64,000 bases of DNA from an uncultured Candidatus Saccharibacteria bacterium (GCA_964546795.1 CAZJKG010000002.1:6307-70306); one strand, 5' to 3'; positions 28,310 through 37,470 are shown, numbered from the stretch's first letter. Program-made: numbers and translations. The notes: generated by a model not told the origin, from the sequence alone.

Positions 28310-29227
28310 TTAGATCATAATCTTTTCTGAACGAATGAGATGATCCATCTTCTGATAAGCATGGATAGCAGTTGTGTGGTCTTTCTTTTTCATCACCTTA
28401 GCTATTTGTGGGAAAGATAATTTCGCATTTCTCCTTAAGAAATATATGGCGAGATGTCTAGGAAAAACAAGATTCGCCATTCTTCTGCTTCCCAATAAAT
28501 CGTCGATTGGTATAGCGTATGCCTTACTTATACTTGCAATGATATCTTTAACTTCTACCAGTTCGGACGGATCGATTGGTATTGGTTTTTTAGGGGGTGC
28601 CGGAACTGCCCCATTGAGTTTGAGTATTGTTGTATTTAGAATTTGTCTTATTCGCTCCCGCGTGATGCCAAATTTCCCTGCAATTACTTCATAAGTCTTG
28701 CCTTCGAGTCTTAGTCTCATTATTTCATTTTCTCTTTCATTCATTCTGATGTTGCCCGTAGCACGAGCTGGAGCTGAATTGTAAATAAAAGCTGGATTCC
28801 CTTTCTCTAGCACACCAAAGAAGTCATCGATGATAGAAAATTCTGTAAAAGCTGTAATTTTCTGTCCATCGTCATAAACAATTTTCATTTCATTATCAAA
28901 ATCATTTGATGAGATTTGCTTCAACAAATCGTGTAGAACTTCATTTCTTTTGTTGCGATAACGGTCAAATAGTCCTCTCTTTTCTTTGGGTAACCACTCG
29001 CTATCAAATAATAATTTAATTAATTCGGAAAGATTGTACTGAACGATTCTCTTTCTCAAAGCAGCTAAAATAGCTGGGTCTGCATCTCTTATCGATAGCG
29101 ACAATTTAGTTTCGACAAACAATTTTATTAGACTTTCTATGTAGGCACTTTGTAATACAAAAGCTTCGAGAAGAAGGTTCTTCTGTCCATAGTTTTCTAT
29201 TCTTTCTTTTAGGTCATCTTTCCTCAT
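28310..29227 (-). CDS. Fusion: HEPN-like helical domain + sigma70 region-4 HTH + DnaA domain-IV HTH
   Basis: RNEVLH; ERENEIMRLR..TYEVIAGKFGITRERIRQI; DLLGSRR..VFPRHLAIYFLR..LSFPQIA..KDHTTAIHA. Confidence 0.8.
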   Translation of the reverse strand: MRKDDLKERIENYGQKNLLLEAFVLQSAYIESLIKLFVETKLSLSIRDADPAILAALRKRIVQYNLSELIKLLFDSEWLPKEKRGLFDRYRNKRNEVLHDLLKQISSNDFDNEMKIVYDDGQKITAFTEFSIIDDFFGVLEKGNPAFIYNSAPARATGNIRMNERENEIMRLRLEGKTYEVIAGKFGITRERIRQILNTTILKLNGAVPAPPKKPIPIDPSELVEVKDIIASISKAYAIPIDDLLGSRRMANLVFPRHLAIYFLRRNAKLSFPQIAKVMKKKDHTTAIHAYQKMDHLIRSEKIMI

Positions 29228-29232
29228 TTTTG

Positions 29233-29303
29233 CTGCCCGACAGGGATTCGGACCCCAATTAACGGCTTCAAAGGCCGCTGTCCTACCATTAGACGATCGG
29301 GCA
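29233..29303 (-). tRNA. tRNA-Gln (TTG)
   Basis: TGCCCGA/TCGGGCA acceptor stem, anticodon arm GCGGC-CTTTGAA-GCCGT; T-loop reads TCCGAAT. Confidence 0.88.
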
Positions 29304-29352
29304 ATGGATGAACTTTACCATTAGTTCTTTGATTCGTCCGCCCTTCCGCATT

Positions 29353-30504
29353 TCATTTGTCAGGACCTTCGGGGAAGAGTTCCAAAACGGCGAGTTCGAG
29401 AGGAAGCGCGGGAATGGGTGCGTAGCGGATGCGCTCGGCGGCGGTCAGGAAGGCAAGCATGGTCGCATGGGTAATGCCCCTAGACGGCTCGTTCCACGAG
29501 CCGCCGGGCGACCCAGCTTCGCTGGGTTTAGCCTTCCCTTTTCCTGCACTGAGCGACTTGTCCTGAGTTTTATCGAAGGAAGTCGAAGTGGCGAATTTTT
29601 CAAGCGCGGAGAATTCGTCCGCGCCGAGCTCGTCCGCGAGCGAGGTGCGAAGTTCTGGTGCATAACGAATGAGGAGCGTGGCGCGGAGGGCCTCCAACAC
29701 AAGTTCCAGAAACAACTTCATGTCGGCACCGGATTTCGCCGCCTGCTCAATGGCGGTAAGTGCCTTGCCGCGTCCGCCAGCTGGCGGAGCTGCGGCGAGT
29801 GCGCTCACGAGCGCATGCACTTGTTCGCGCCGCGGTGCGCCAGTCGCCGCCTCCACCGTCTCGCGCGACAATGTCTTCCCTTTCGTAGCGGCAAATACCT
29901 TTTGCAACACCGAAAGCGCATCGCGATACGAGCCCTCGGCGAGTATCGCGATAAGCTCAGCGGAGTCCGGTGCGAGCGTATACCCTTCTTTCTTTGCGAC
30001 CGCCACGGTCATCTTCGCGAGCACCACTCGCGTCGGCTTTTTGAATTCAAACACTTGGCAACGCGACTGCACCGTCTCCGGTACTTTCTCAAGCTCGGTG
30101 GTCGCGAGAATAAAAACCGCATACGCAGGCGGCTCTTCAAGCGTCTTCAGAAATGCATTCCACGCGCCCTTGGAAAGCATGTGTACCTCGTCCAGAATGT
30201 AGACCTTATAGGGTGACTGAAACGGCAATGTGTAGACACCCTCGGTGAGGGCGCGAATGTCTTCTACGCTGTTGTTGCTCGCGGCATCCACCTCGTAGAG
30301 GTCATTCTCGGTGCAGCCAATAGCGCTTGCGAAGATGCGCGCGACCGAGGTCTTCCCGAGACCACGGCTGCCGGCAAATAGATACGCATGACCTATCTTC
30401 TTTGACTTTGCCGCTTCTTCAAGCGGTTTTGTCACCTGCTCCTGCCCAATGACCTCCGCAAAAGTGGCCGGCCGGTGAATACGATAAAGGGACTGATGCG
30501 CCAT
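29353..30504 (-). CDS. dnaX: DNA polymerase III subunit gamma/tau (short form)
   Basis: LYRIHRP.TF.EVIGQ, HAYLFAGSRGLGKTS, DAASN, ILDEVHML, LKTLEEPP, SRC. Confidence 0.96.
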   Translation of the reverse strand: MAHQSLYRIHRPATFAEVIGQEQVTKPLEEAAKSKKIGHAYLFAGSRGLGKTSVARIFASAIGCTENDLYEVDAASNNSVEDIRALTEGVYTLPFQSPYKVYILDEVHMLSKGAWNAFLKTLEEPPAYAVFILATTELEKVPETVQSRCQVFEFKKPTRVVLAKMTVAVAKKEGYTLAPDSAELIAILAEGSYRDALSVLQKVFAATKGKTLSRETVEAATGAPRREQVHALVSALAAAPPAGGRGKALTAIEQAAKSGADMKLFLELVLEALRATLLIRYAPELRTSLADELGADEFSALEKFATSTSFDKTQDKSLSAGKGKAKPSEAGSPGGSWNEPSRGITHATMLAFLTAAERIRYAPIPALPLELAVLELFPEGPDK

Positions 30505-30656
30505 AATGAAGCTAGTATAGCAATCTTTTTCTCCTCTAATTTACGACTTATTTACTCATCATTTCAGAAATTGACAAAGCATATATTATATGCTATCATG
30601 GCCTCGTAGCTTTTTGAAGCTTTGTCCTTTCCAAAAAATCTACCAGGAGGTGCTCC

Positions 30657-31211
30657 ATGGAACGATTTCGGTGGCATGCCGTTCTGTGGAGCGGCATTCT
30701 GGGCTTTCTCGTCCCGACGTATTTCGGTTACACGCTCTACGTCGACAGGATACCCCAGAACATCGCCACATGGGGTATGGTGTTGGCGCTTGATGCACTC
30801 GGCTTGTTGTTGGTCATCAAGGACGGAAACAAGAAACCCTATATGCAGGTTGGATGGGTGTTCGCTGCGCTATGTATCTTCGTCGGCGCGTTCTTCAGCG
30901 AAAACATCTCGGCATGGGGATACACAGAAGCAATTTCAGTTGTTATGTGCATTTTCGCAGTTGTGCTGTGGCAAACGCTCGGTCCGAAGTACGGATTGAT
31001 TGCCTACGTCGCGGCAATGTGGATTTCGTTCGTCCCTCTCGCTATGGATTATCTGAAGGAGCCCCAGCCAAGCACTGTATGGTTATGGCAACTGACGATT
31101 GTGTCGTGTCTGCTCGCAATCGTTGGGGCAGAAAAGCGGGACTTCACGAACACCTTCATCCCATGGGGCTGCATCGGGCTCAATGCGGCGATGTGGTACG
31201 TCTGCTTGTAA
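30657..31211 (+). CDS. Hypothetical multi-pass membrane protein
   Basis: Six to seven hydrophobic segments; TTGACA-17-TATCAT promoter (30571-30599), AGGAGGTG SD, terminator at 31210-31257. Confidence 0.75.
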   Translation: MERFRWHAVLWSGILGFLVPTYFGYTLYVDRIPQNIATWGMVLALDALGLLLVIKDGNKKPYMQVGWVFAALCIFVGAFFSENISAWGYTEAISVVMCIFAVVLWQTLGPKYGLIAYVAAMWISFVPLAMDYLKEPQPSTVWLWQLTIVSCLLAIVGAEKRDFTNTFIPWGCIGLNAAMWYVCL

Positions 31212-31244
31212 ACCGCCTGAACAAGAACCGTCTGGTTCTTTTGT

Positions 31245-32267
31245 TCAGGCGGTTTTTGTTTTTATTGTACGCTCTAGCTCGGATGCATTCTCGGCCTGCA
31301 TCAGGAGGGCGCGGAGCTCGGCGGCGCCAGCAAATCCGGTGACGAATGCTTTGATGTGCTTTTTCAATATGGAAAAGTTCTTGGGCGGCGAGATTTTCTC
31401 AAAGGTATGCGCGAGCTCAATAAGCGCCGCGAGCTTATCGGCGAGCGGCGTGTCCTCATGGGTGCGGCCGGCGAAAACCCACGGATTCCCGAACATCGCG
31501 CGGCCGAGCATCACACCGTCGCATCCTGACTCGCTCGCTTTCGTTCGCGCATCGGCAAGGTTCCGTACATCTCCATTGCCGATGAGGAGTACGTTCGGAT
31601 TCACACGATTGCGAATCTCGACGGCTTTCTTCATTTGTCCCCAATCCGCCGACACGAGCGACAATTCCTTGCGCGTGCGCAGATGGAGCGTGATAGCGGC
31701 GGGACCCGCTTCCAAGAGCGCTGTGAGCCAGTCGTCAAGCGATTCCGTGTTGTAGCCAATACGTGTCTTCACCGAGACCGGCAACGCGCTCGCTTCTTTG
31801 GCCACACGAATAATCTCACGCGCGAGTTTAGGGGTCTTGATCATCGCGGCACCGGCACCCTGCTTCTCAACGGTACGGTCCGGGCAGCCCATGTTGATAT
31901 CAACACCATCAAAACCAAGTTCCGCGACGAGTTTCGTCGCATACTCAATCATTTTTGGCTTGCTTGAGAATATCTGCGCGACCAATTTTCCTTGTCTGTA
32001 CTCGGACTTAGGAAAATGGAAGTGCCCGTGTGGCACGACGATGGAGCTCTGCTCTTCAGTAAATTGCAAATCGCGCATTAATGGATTCTCTGCATCTTTT
32101 ATTTTTTTAACCTCACGAGTGTAGTAAAGACCGTCCGCCGAAACGAATTCGGTCCAGAACACGTCGGGAGCGCCGCGCCTCGCGACGAGTTGCCGGAAGG
32201 CGACATCGGTCACGTCCTTCAGGGGCGCCATGACGAAAAATGGTTTTGACAACGTATTCCAGAACAT
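31245..32267 (-). CDS. tRNA-dihydrouridine synthase
   Basis: MAPL.DVTD, TEFVS, VDINMGCP, VSVKTRIG, LHLRT, GNGDV, GVMLGR. Confidence 0.94.
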   Translation of the reverse strand: MFWNTLSKPFFVMAPLKDVTDVAFRQLVARRGAPDVFWTEFVSADGLYYTREVKKIKDAENPLMRDLQFTEEQSSIVVPHGHFHFPKSEYRQGKLVAQIFSSKPKMIEYATKLVAELGFDGVDINMGCPDRTVEKQGAGAAMIKTPKLAREIIRVAKEASALPVSVKTRIGYNTESLDDWLTALLEAGPAAITLHLRTRKELSLVSADWGQMKKAVEIRNRVNPNVLLIGNGDVRNLADARTKASESGCDGVMLGRAMFGNPWVFAGRTHEDTPLADKLAALIELAHTFEKISPPKNFSILKKHIKAFVTGFAGAAELRALLMQAENASELERTIKTKTA

Positions 32268-32291
32268 GCTCGCACACTATCATCTCTTCCA

Positions 32292-32417
32292 AGAAGCGCG
32301 AAAATAGCCGGAGATACGAGGCGCGGGAAAGTGAGTTTCAGAGGCGTACTTTGAGGTACGGCGAGGAAACGAACTGGGAACCCGCAACGCGGTAGATTCG
32401 ACTATTTTCGCGGTTCT
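32292..32417. repeat. ~125-bp structured element with terminal inverted repeats
   Basis: AGAAGCGCGAAAATAG ... CTATTTTCGCGGTTCT (one mismatch) with nested internal stems. Confidence 0.6.
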
Positions 32418-33307
32418 ACCTTCTTCACGTACACCTTGCCGTCAAAGCGCAGATCAACATAGTCAACGGAACCGTCCGCGAGGTTGAACGTATCGCGCGC
32501 CGAGACAAGTGCGGTGTAGGCATCATTTTCATGTCCGAGAACATAGCTGATGCGTGTACCGCTTGCGAGATAATCATTCACTTCGTCCCCTTGAAGAATG
32601 ATATGGGTGGCCGGCGACCCCAGAGTATCGAGTTGCCGCGCGAAATCGAATGCGCGCGGCAATTTCTCGGCATACGCGATGGATGCGCCGAGCGGCTCCA
32701 GAGTGTCCCCCGCAAGCGGCGCATAGAGCGTAAAAGCATTGACGGTCTGCGTTCCACTCGCTGCTGCAGCAGCAAAAATATAGCCGCTCGCGTCAAAGAC
32801 ATAACAGTAGGGCTCAACGTCCGGAGTTGGAGACAGACCGCACCAACGCGTAATGGGAACGCGGTCGTTCATCTTAATGGAAATCCCGGTCAGCCCGTTC
32901 CGGAATATGGAAACAGCGGCGATATCCGAATGCGCAGCGAGAATATCGGCGCGAATGCGTGAAGCGGGGAAAAAGAAAATGGAATCGCGCGGAATGATGC
33001 CGAAATACGTTCCCTGCATCGCCGCAAGGGCGATATTCGCAAGCGACTGGTCTGCATTTGCCTCGCCGTAACTTCTGAGCGAAGGAGAGCCGAAGACCTC
33101 AACATGCGCGATGCGCACACTGCTCTGCTGAAGTCCCCAGATGAGCCCGCCAATGATAATGAGTATGAAAAGAATAAGCGCGATGAGCGCGTAGCGGCGC
33201 TTCGAGCGGCGGCGCGCCGCAAAGCCCTGCCTGCCGATAGACAGGCGCTCATCCCTCCCCTGTCGGGACAGGCTACCGCGCAGTTCCGATGACACTCTTT
33301 CCGACAT
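32402..33307 (-). CDS. FtsQ/DivIB-like cell division protein
   Basis: Basic N-terminus, one TM helix, POTRA-like region, C-terminal YVDLRFDGKVYVK. Confidence 0.8.
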   Translation of the reverse strand: MSERVSSELRGSLSRQGRDERLSIGRQGFAARRRSKRRYALIALILFILIIIGGLIWGLQQSSVRIAHVEVFGSPSLRSYGEANADQSLANIALAAMQGTYFGIIPRDSIFFFPASRIRADILAAHSDIAAVSIFRNGLTGISIKMNDRVPITRWCGLSPTPDVEPYCYVFDASGYIFAAAAASGTQTVNAFTLYAPLAGDTLEPLGASIAYAEKLPRAFDFARQLDTLGSPATHIILQGDEVNDYLASGTRISYVLGHENDAYTALVSARDTFNLADGSVDYVDLRFDGKVYVKKVEPRK

Positions 33308-34541
33308 ACGGCACGAGGGCCTCAGGCACTTTTATGGTGCCGTCCGCCTGTTGATAGTTCTCAACGATGGAAACTAGGATGCGCGGCGTTGGAATTGCGG
33401 TGGAATTGAGAGAATGCGGGAAACGCATATTTCCTTCCGCGTCGCGATACCGGATATTGAGCCGGCGCGTCTGGAAGTCATGAAAATAAGACGTTGATCC
33501 TATTTCTCGATACGTATTTTCTCCCGGCACCCAGAGCTCAATGTCGTATTTCTTCACTTGCCCCAGCCCGAGATCGCCGCCGCAATTCGCGACCGTATGA
33601 TAAGGAATGTTTAGGAGTTCTATGAACTCCTCAGTGTTGCGATTAAGCCATTCATGGAGACGGACGGATTCATCATGTTCCGCGCGACAAAGGACGACCT
33701 GTTCCCATTTGAAAAATTCGTGCACGCGAATGAGACCGTGCACGTCCTTGCCGTGCGCACCGGCCTCGCGGCGAAAGCACGGCGAGAACGCTAGAAATTG
33801 TATAGGGAACGTATTCATATCAAGTGTCTCATCCATGTGATAGCCCATCATCGCGACCTCGCCGGTGCCTGCGAGATATTCACCGTCTTGGGTCTTGTAA
33901 AGATCCTCCTCGCCTTGCGGCAAATAGCCAGTGCCGAGGAACGCCTCGCGGCGCACCAGAGACGGCACGTTCATCAGCGTCAGTCCTTTTGCGGAAAAAT
34001 GCTTGAGTGCCAATTGCCACACGGCATTCGCGAGCAAAACGCCGTCGCCTTTGAGGAAATAGCCGCGAAAGCCGGCAACTTTTGCGCCGCGCTCGAAATC
34101 CACCATATCGAGCGCAGTCATCAGAGCGACATGGTCTTTCGGCTCAAAAGAAAAAGCTGTGGGAGTCCCCCATTTCTTCACTTCGAGATTGTCGGCATCG
34201 CTCGTGCCATCCGGTACTGACATATCCGGAATATTCGGCACAGTAAGCATGAGCTTCTGCCACTCGACCATGACTTGTTTCAATTTCTCTTCGCTTTCGG
34301 CCATGCCGCGCTTCAGTTGCTGCATCGCCTCAATGACTTTCTCGCGTTCAAAACCGCTTGCGCGCTGAATCTCATTGCTACGACGATTCTGCTCCGCCCG
34401 CTTTGCGTCCAATTCCTGCCGCAAGCGCTTGCGCTCATCATCAACGGCGAGGAGACGGTCAATGTCCGTATCAATATGTTTCTTCAGCGCACCCGCCTTC
34501 ACAATATCGGCGTTCTCCCGAATAAAATGTATATCAAGCAT
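33273..34541 (-). CDS. serS: Seryl-tRNA synthetase
   Basis: MLDIHFIREN, CFRREAGAHG, GLIRVHEF, KYDIE, REIGSTS, HSLNST. Confidence 0.97.
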   Translation of the reverse strand: MLDIHFIRENADIVKAGALKKHIDTDIDRLLAVDDERKRLRQELDAKRAEQNRRSNEIQRASGFEREKVIEAMQQLKRGMAESEEKLKQVMVEWQKLMLTVPNIPDMSVPDGTSDADNLEVKKWGTPTAFSFEPKDHVALMTALDMVDFERGAKVAGFRGYFLKGDGVLLANAVWQLALKHFSAKGLTLMNVPSLVRREAFLGTGYLPQGEEDLYKTQDGEYLAGTGEVAMMGYHMDETLDMNTFPIQFLAFSPCFRREAGAHGKDVHGLIRVHEFFKWEQVVLCRAEHDESVRLHEWLNRNTEEFIELLNIPYHTVANCGGDLGLGQVKKYDIELWVPGENTYREIGSTSYFHDFQTRRLNIRYRDAEGNMRFPHSLNSTAIPTPRILVSIVENYQQADGTIKVPEALVPYVGKSVIGTAR

Positions 34542-34627
34542 GTGCTGACTAGTATATCACTCACTGCATTGTAAAAAAGAAATCGCCCACCAAGAAGCCG
34601 ATGGACGACTTCTGGTGGGCGAATGCT

Positions 34628-34918
34628 TCAGGATCTGTTGGGATTATCGGGGCGTAAGGGCAGTTCGAGAGCAAACGGACAAGGCACACGATTGCTCATC
34701 TTTTCTTTTCCGGGATGCGAAGCATCACATCGATTTCTGCACATACCGGTGATGTACGGACATTCGACAGTGATATCGATAGCCCTTGCGCCCTCGAGAC
34801 CAGTCAGGTACACCTTCACTTCGACCGGCTTCTTAAGGACCTCCCAACCTTTTTTATTTCGCCCTCCGCACTGAATCGGAAACACGATTGACTGAAGAAG
34901 CTTTTTTCCTTCTTCCAT
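34628..34918 (-). CDS. Hypothetical Cys-containing protein
   Basis: TTGACA-17-TATGTT promoter (34993-34965), GAGGGGG SD, terminator at 34573-34622; CPY..C..C..H..CPF. Confidence 0.65.
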   Translation of the reverse strand: MEEGKKLLQSIVFPIQCGGRNKKGWEVLKKPVEVKVYLTGLEGARAIDITVECPYITGMCRNRCDASHPGKEKMSNRVPCPFALELPLRPDNPNRS

Positions 34919-35087
34919 AGATCCCCCCTCATTTGGTTACGTCTTGGTTGGTACAACTAGGGAAAACATACATGGAATATTTTATTCTGTCAAATTTTTA
35001 CATTTTCAGTCGCTATCCAAAATACAGTGCGACCGCATTGTGTCATGGATAGTTAAGTAAAGTTCTGCTACGAGATATACTGCACCT

Positions 35088-35948
35088 ATGAACATCCGCG
35101 AGTTGAAACGCACAGAGTGGCCGCAACAATTATTAGAAATACCGCAGTTGCCTCCGCGACTGTGGATTCGTGGCACTATGCCCACAGCGGAAACAAAACT
35201 TCTCGCAGTCGTCGGCTCACGCGCGATGACGCGCTACGGACAAGAGGCGTGCGAAAAACTTATCATCGGTCTTGCGGGCTATCCCGTGTCCATCGTCAGC
35301 GGTCTCGCGCTCGGTGTGGACGGATGCGCGCACAGAGCCGCGCTTGCGGCAGGGCTCCACACCATCGCGATACCCGGCTCGGGACTCGATGATTCTGTCA
35401 TCAGCCCGCGCTCAAACGTCGGGCTTGCGAAAGACATTCTGAAAGCGGGCGGTGCGCTCATATCGGAACAGGAACCCATGCACAAGCCGTGGCTGAAAGA
35501 ATTCCCATCCCGCAATCGGCTGATGGTCGGTATGAGCCATGCGGTACTTATCGTTGAAGCCGGAGAAAAATCCGGTACGCTCATCACCGCGCGGCTCGCA
35601 GCGGACTACAATCGCGACCTGCTCTGCATTCCCCACCGCATCGGCGACCCTCACGCCTTCGGCCCGCACTTATTTATCCGTCTTGGTGCGACACTCGTTT
35701 CTGACCCGCTCCACATCCTTGAGGCGCTGCATATTGCTCCGCGCATTACGAGCGCGGCGACCGCGCCAACAGACCTTGAAGACGTTGAGCTTGAGATCTG
35801 GAGTATGCTTGAAGAGCCAAAGACCCGAGATGAGATACTGCGCGCCGGCTCTGCCGGCGCGAACGCGGGAGAACTCCTTACCGCACTGGTCGCTCTAGAG
35901 CTTCGCGGACTTGTCAAAGAAGAATTCGGCGCATGGCACAAAGTATGA
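35088..35948 (+). CDS. dprA: DNA-processing protein A
   Basis: AVVGSR, IVSGLALGVD, FPSRNRL, VEAGEKSGTLITA, C-terminal winged helix LELRGLV. Confidence 0.95.
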   Translation: MNIRELKRTEWPQQLLEIPQLPPRLWIRGTMPTAETKLLAVVGSRAMTRYGQEACEKLIIGLAGYPVSIVSGLALGVDGCAHRAALAAGLHTIAIPGSGLDDSVISPRSNVGLAKDILKAGGALISEQEPMHKPWLKEFPSRNRLMVGMSHAVLIVEAGEKSGTLITARLAADYNRDLLCIPHRIGDPHAFGPHLFIRLGATLVSDPLHILEALHIAPRITSAATAPTDLEDVELEIWSMLEEPKTRDEILRAGSAGANAGELLTALVALELRGLVKEEFGAWHKV

Positions 35949-35949
35949 T

Positions 35950-36759
35950 ATGACAATTTATTCCTGGAACATGCTGTTCCGCAATAAGGATCTCGATCGC
36001 GCGTTTGAATTCATTTCAAAAAGCGATTTTGATATTTTCTGCCTGCAGGAAGTGTCCGAGGAATTTCTCAAGCGCTTGCAAACGCTCCCCTATTTCATCG
36101 CTTTCCGCACCGATGTGGAGCGGCTCTTTGCGAAGGGCACCAAGCATCTTTTCGTCGTCACCCTGTCAAAACATCCTATCCGGACGCAGGGTGAGATACC
36201 CTTCCCCGACTACGGAGAGCTCATACCGCTGCGCACGCGCTTCTTCATATACCTCATGTGGCCGTTTCATTTCTCAAAGATCCGCAATCGGGGCGGCCTT
36301 TATGTGGATGTGGCGATAGACGAACACCTGCTGCGCGTTTTCAACCTCCACCTTGTCCTCGCGCAACCCTTATGGCGCTTGGAAGAATTCGAGAGAGCGA
36401 TGACCGAGCGCAATACCGCGCAACCGACCATTGTCTGCGGCGACTTCAACATTCTGGAAGCACCGCATATCACGCTCCTCAATTGGCTTCTGGGCGGCCG
36501 CATATCCGACACCGTGCTCTATGGGCGCGAACGCACCCATATTGAAAAACGCTTTGTTGCGCACGAACTGACCAATACGCTCAAGGGCGGCATCACTCAT
36601 CCGCTCTCGCGTTCGCAATTGGATCATATCCTCCTGTCGCGGCATTACAGCGTTACCCACGCTGAAGTCATTCCCGATAGATACGGATCCGACCATCATC
36701 CTATTACAGTTTCTTTTTCAAGAGCGAATGAAACGAATGAAAAGAAAAGAAACGAGTAA
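35950..36759 (+). CDS. Endonuclease/exonuclease/phosphatase family protein
   Basis: SWN, CLQEV, NLHL, CGDFN, LDHI, SDHHP. Confidence 0.9.
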   Translation: MTIYSWNMLFRNKDLDRAFEFISKSDFDIFCLQEVSEEFLKRLQTLPYFIAFRTDVERLFAKGTKHLFVVTLSKHPIRTQGEIPFPDYGELIPLRTRFFIYLMWPFHFSKIRNRGGLYVDVAIDEHLLRVFNLHLVLAQPLWRLEEFERAMTERNTAQPTIVCGDFNILEAPHITLLNWLLGGRISDTVLYGRERTHIEKRFVAHELTNTLKGGITHPLSRSQLDHILLSRHYSVTHAEVIPDRYGSDHHPITVSFSRANETNEKKRNE

Positions 36760-37347
36760 GAGCGCGCAACAAAGAACAAATAATTGATACCAAAACGGCA
36801 GGGTTCCTGCGAAGGCAAAGAAGAATCCGAACGGCGCGACCCCAAGTGCCGTCGCCACCAGATACTTCCGCCATGACAACGAACTAAAAAGACCGAGCGC
36901 GTAACTTAAAAGATCCACGGGCACCAACAAACGGAGAAAGACGACTGACCAAAAGAGATCATGGGTCGGTATGTGTTCTCCAAACATTCTTATTCTGTGT
37001 TCTCCAACGAGTGTCCTTACGAGCGGAAGGCCATATGTACGTGCGATACCAAATGCGACGAGTGCGCCGAGCGTCCAGCCAGTGATGCTCATCAGCGCCG
37101 TAGGCACTGGGCCCCAGAGAATGGTGCCGAGCGGAATGAGAAGCACGATATCGAGCGGGATAATAAAAACGACAAAAAGTGCGGTCAAGAAAATAAATAT
37201 CGCGGCGCTACTCATGCCACCATTTCCCAACACAAGAGCGATATCACTCTCGTACCGATGCACGCCATAGGAAACCAGAATAAAAGCAACAATAAGAACA
37301 ACGCCCGTGAGGAATTCTTGTTTGGTAGTGAGGTCCATGCGGATCAT
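36718..37347 (-). CDS. TVP38/YdjX (VTT domain) membrane protein
   Basis: GALVAFGIAR, FLRLLVPVDLLSYALGL, ATALG. Confidence 0.85.
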   Translation of the reverse strand: MIRMDLTTKQEFLTGVVLIVAFILVSYGVHRYESDIALVLGNGGMSSAAIFIFLTALFVVFIIPLDIVLLIPLGTILWGPVPTALMSITGWTLGALVAFGIARTYGLPLVRTLVGEHRIRMFGEHIPTHDLFWSVVFLRLLVPVDLLSYALGLFSSLSWRKYLVATALGVAPFGFFFAFAGTLPFWYQLFVLCCALLLVSFLFIRFIRS

Positions 37348-37470
37348 GCGTCTTATGGTACTGCATTACGTGGAGGGACTTGATATAGTATCCATTTCGT
37401 GGTTAGATATGGCCTGGCTCTTTGGCACGCAACATACAACAAAAATACACTGAGAAAGGGAGGGCTTGCT

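Noticed and set aside
26244-29303. Integrated element with an att duplication at tRNA-Gln
   Set aside because: AT-rich, but I found no integrase and no repeat of the tRNA 3' end, so it is reported only as an islet.
29308-30216. Long antisense ORFs (here and over uvrB, clpB, relA and the VirD4-like gene)
   Set aside because: Shadow frames of GC-rich coding genes, with no recognisable motifs.
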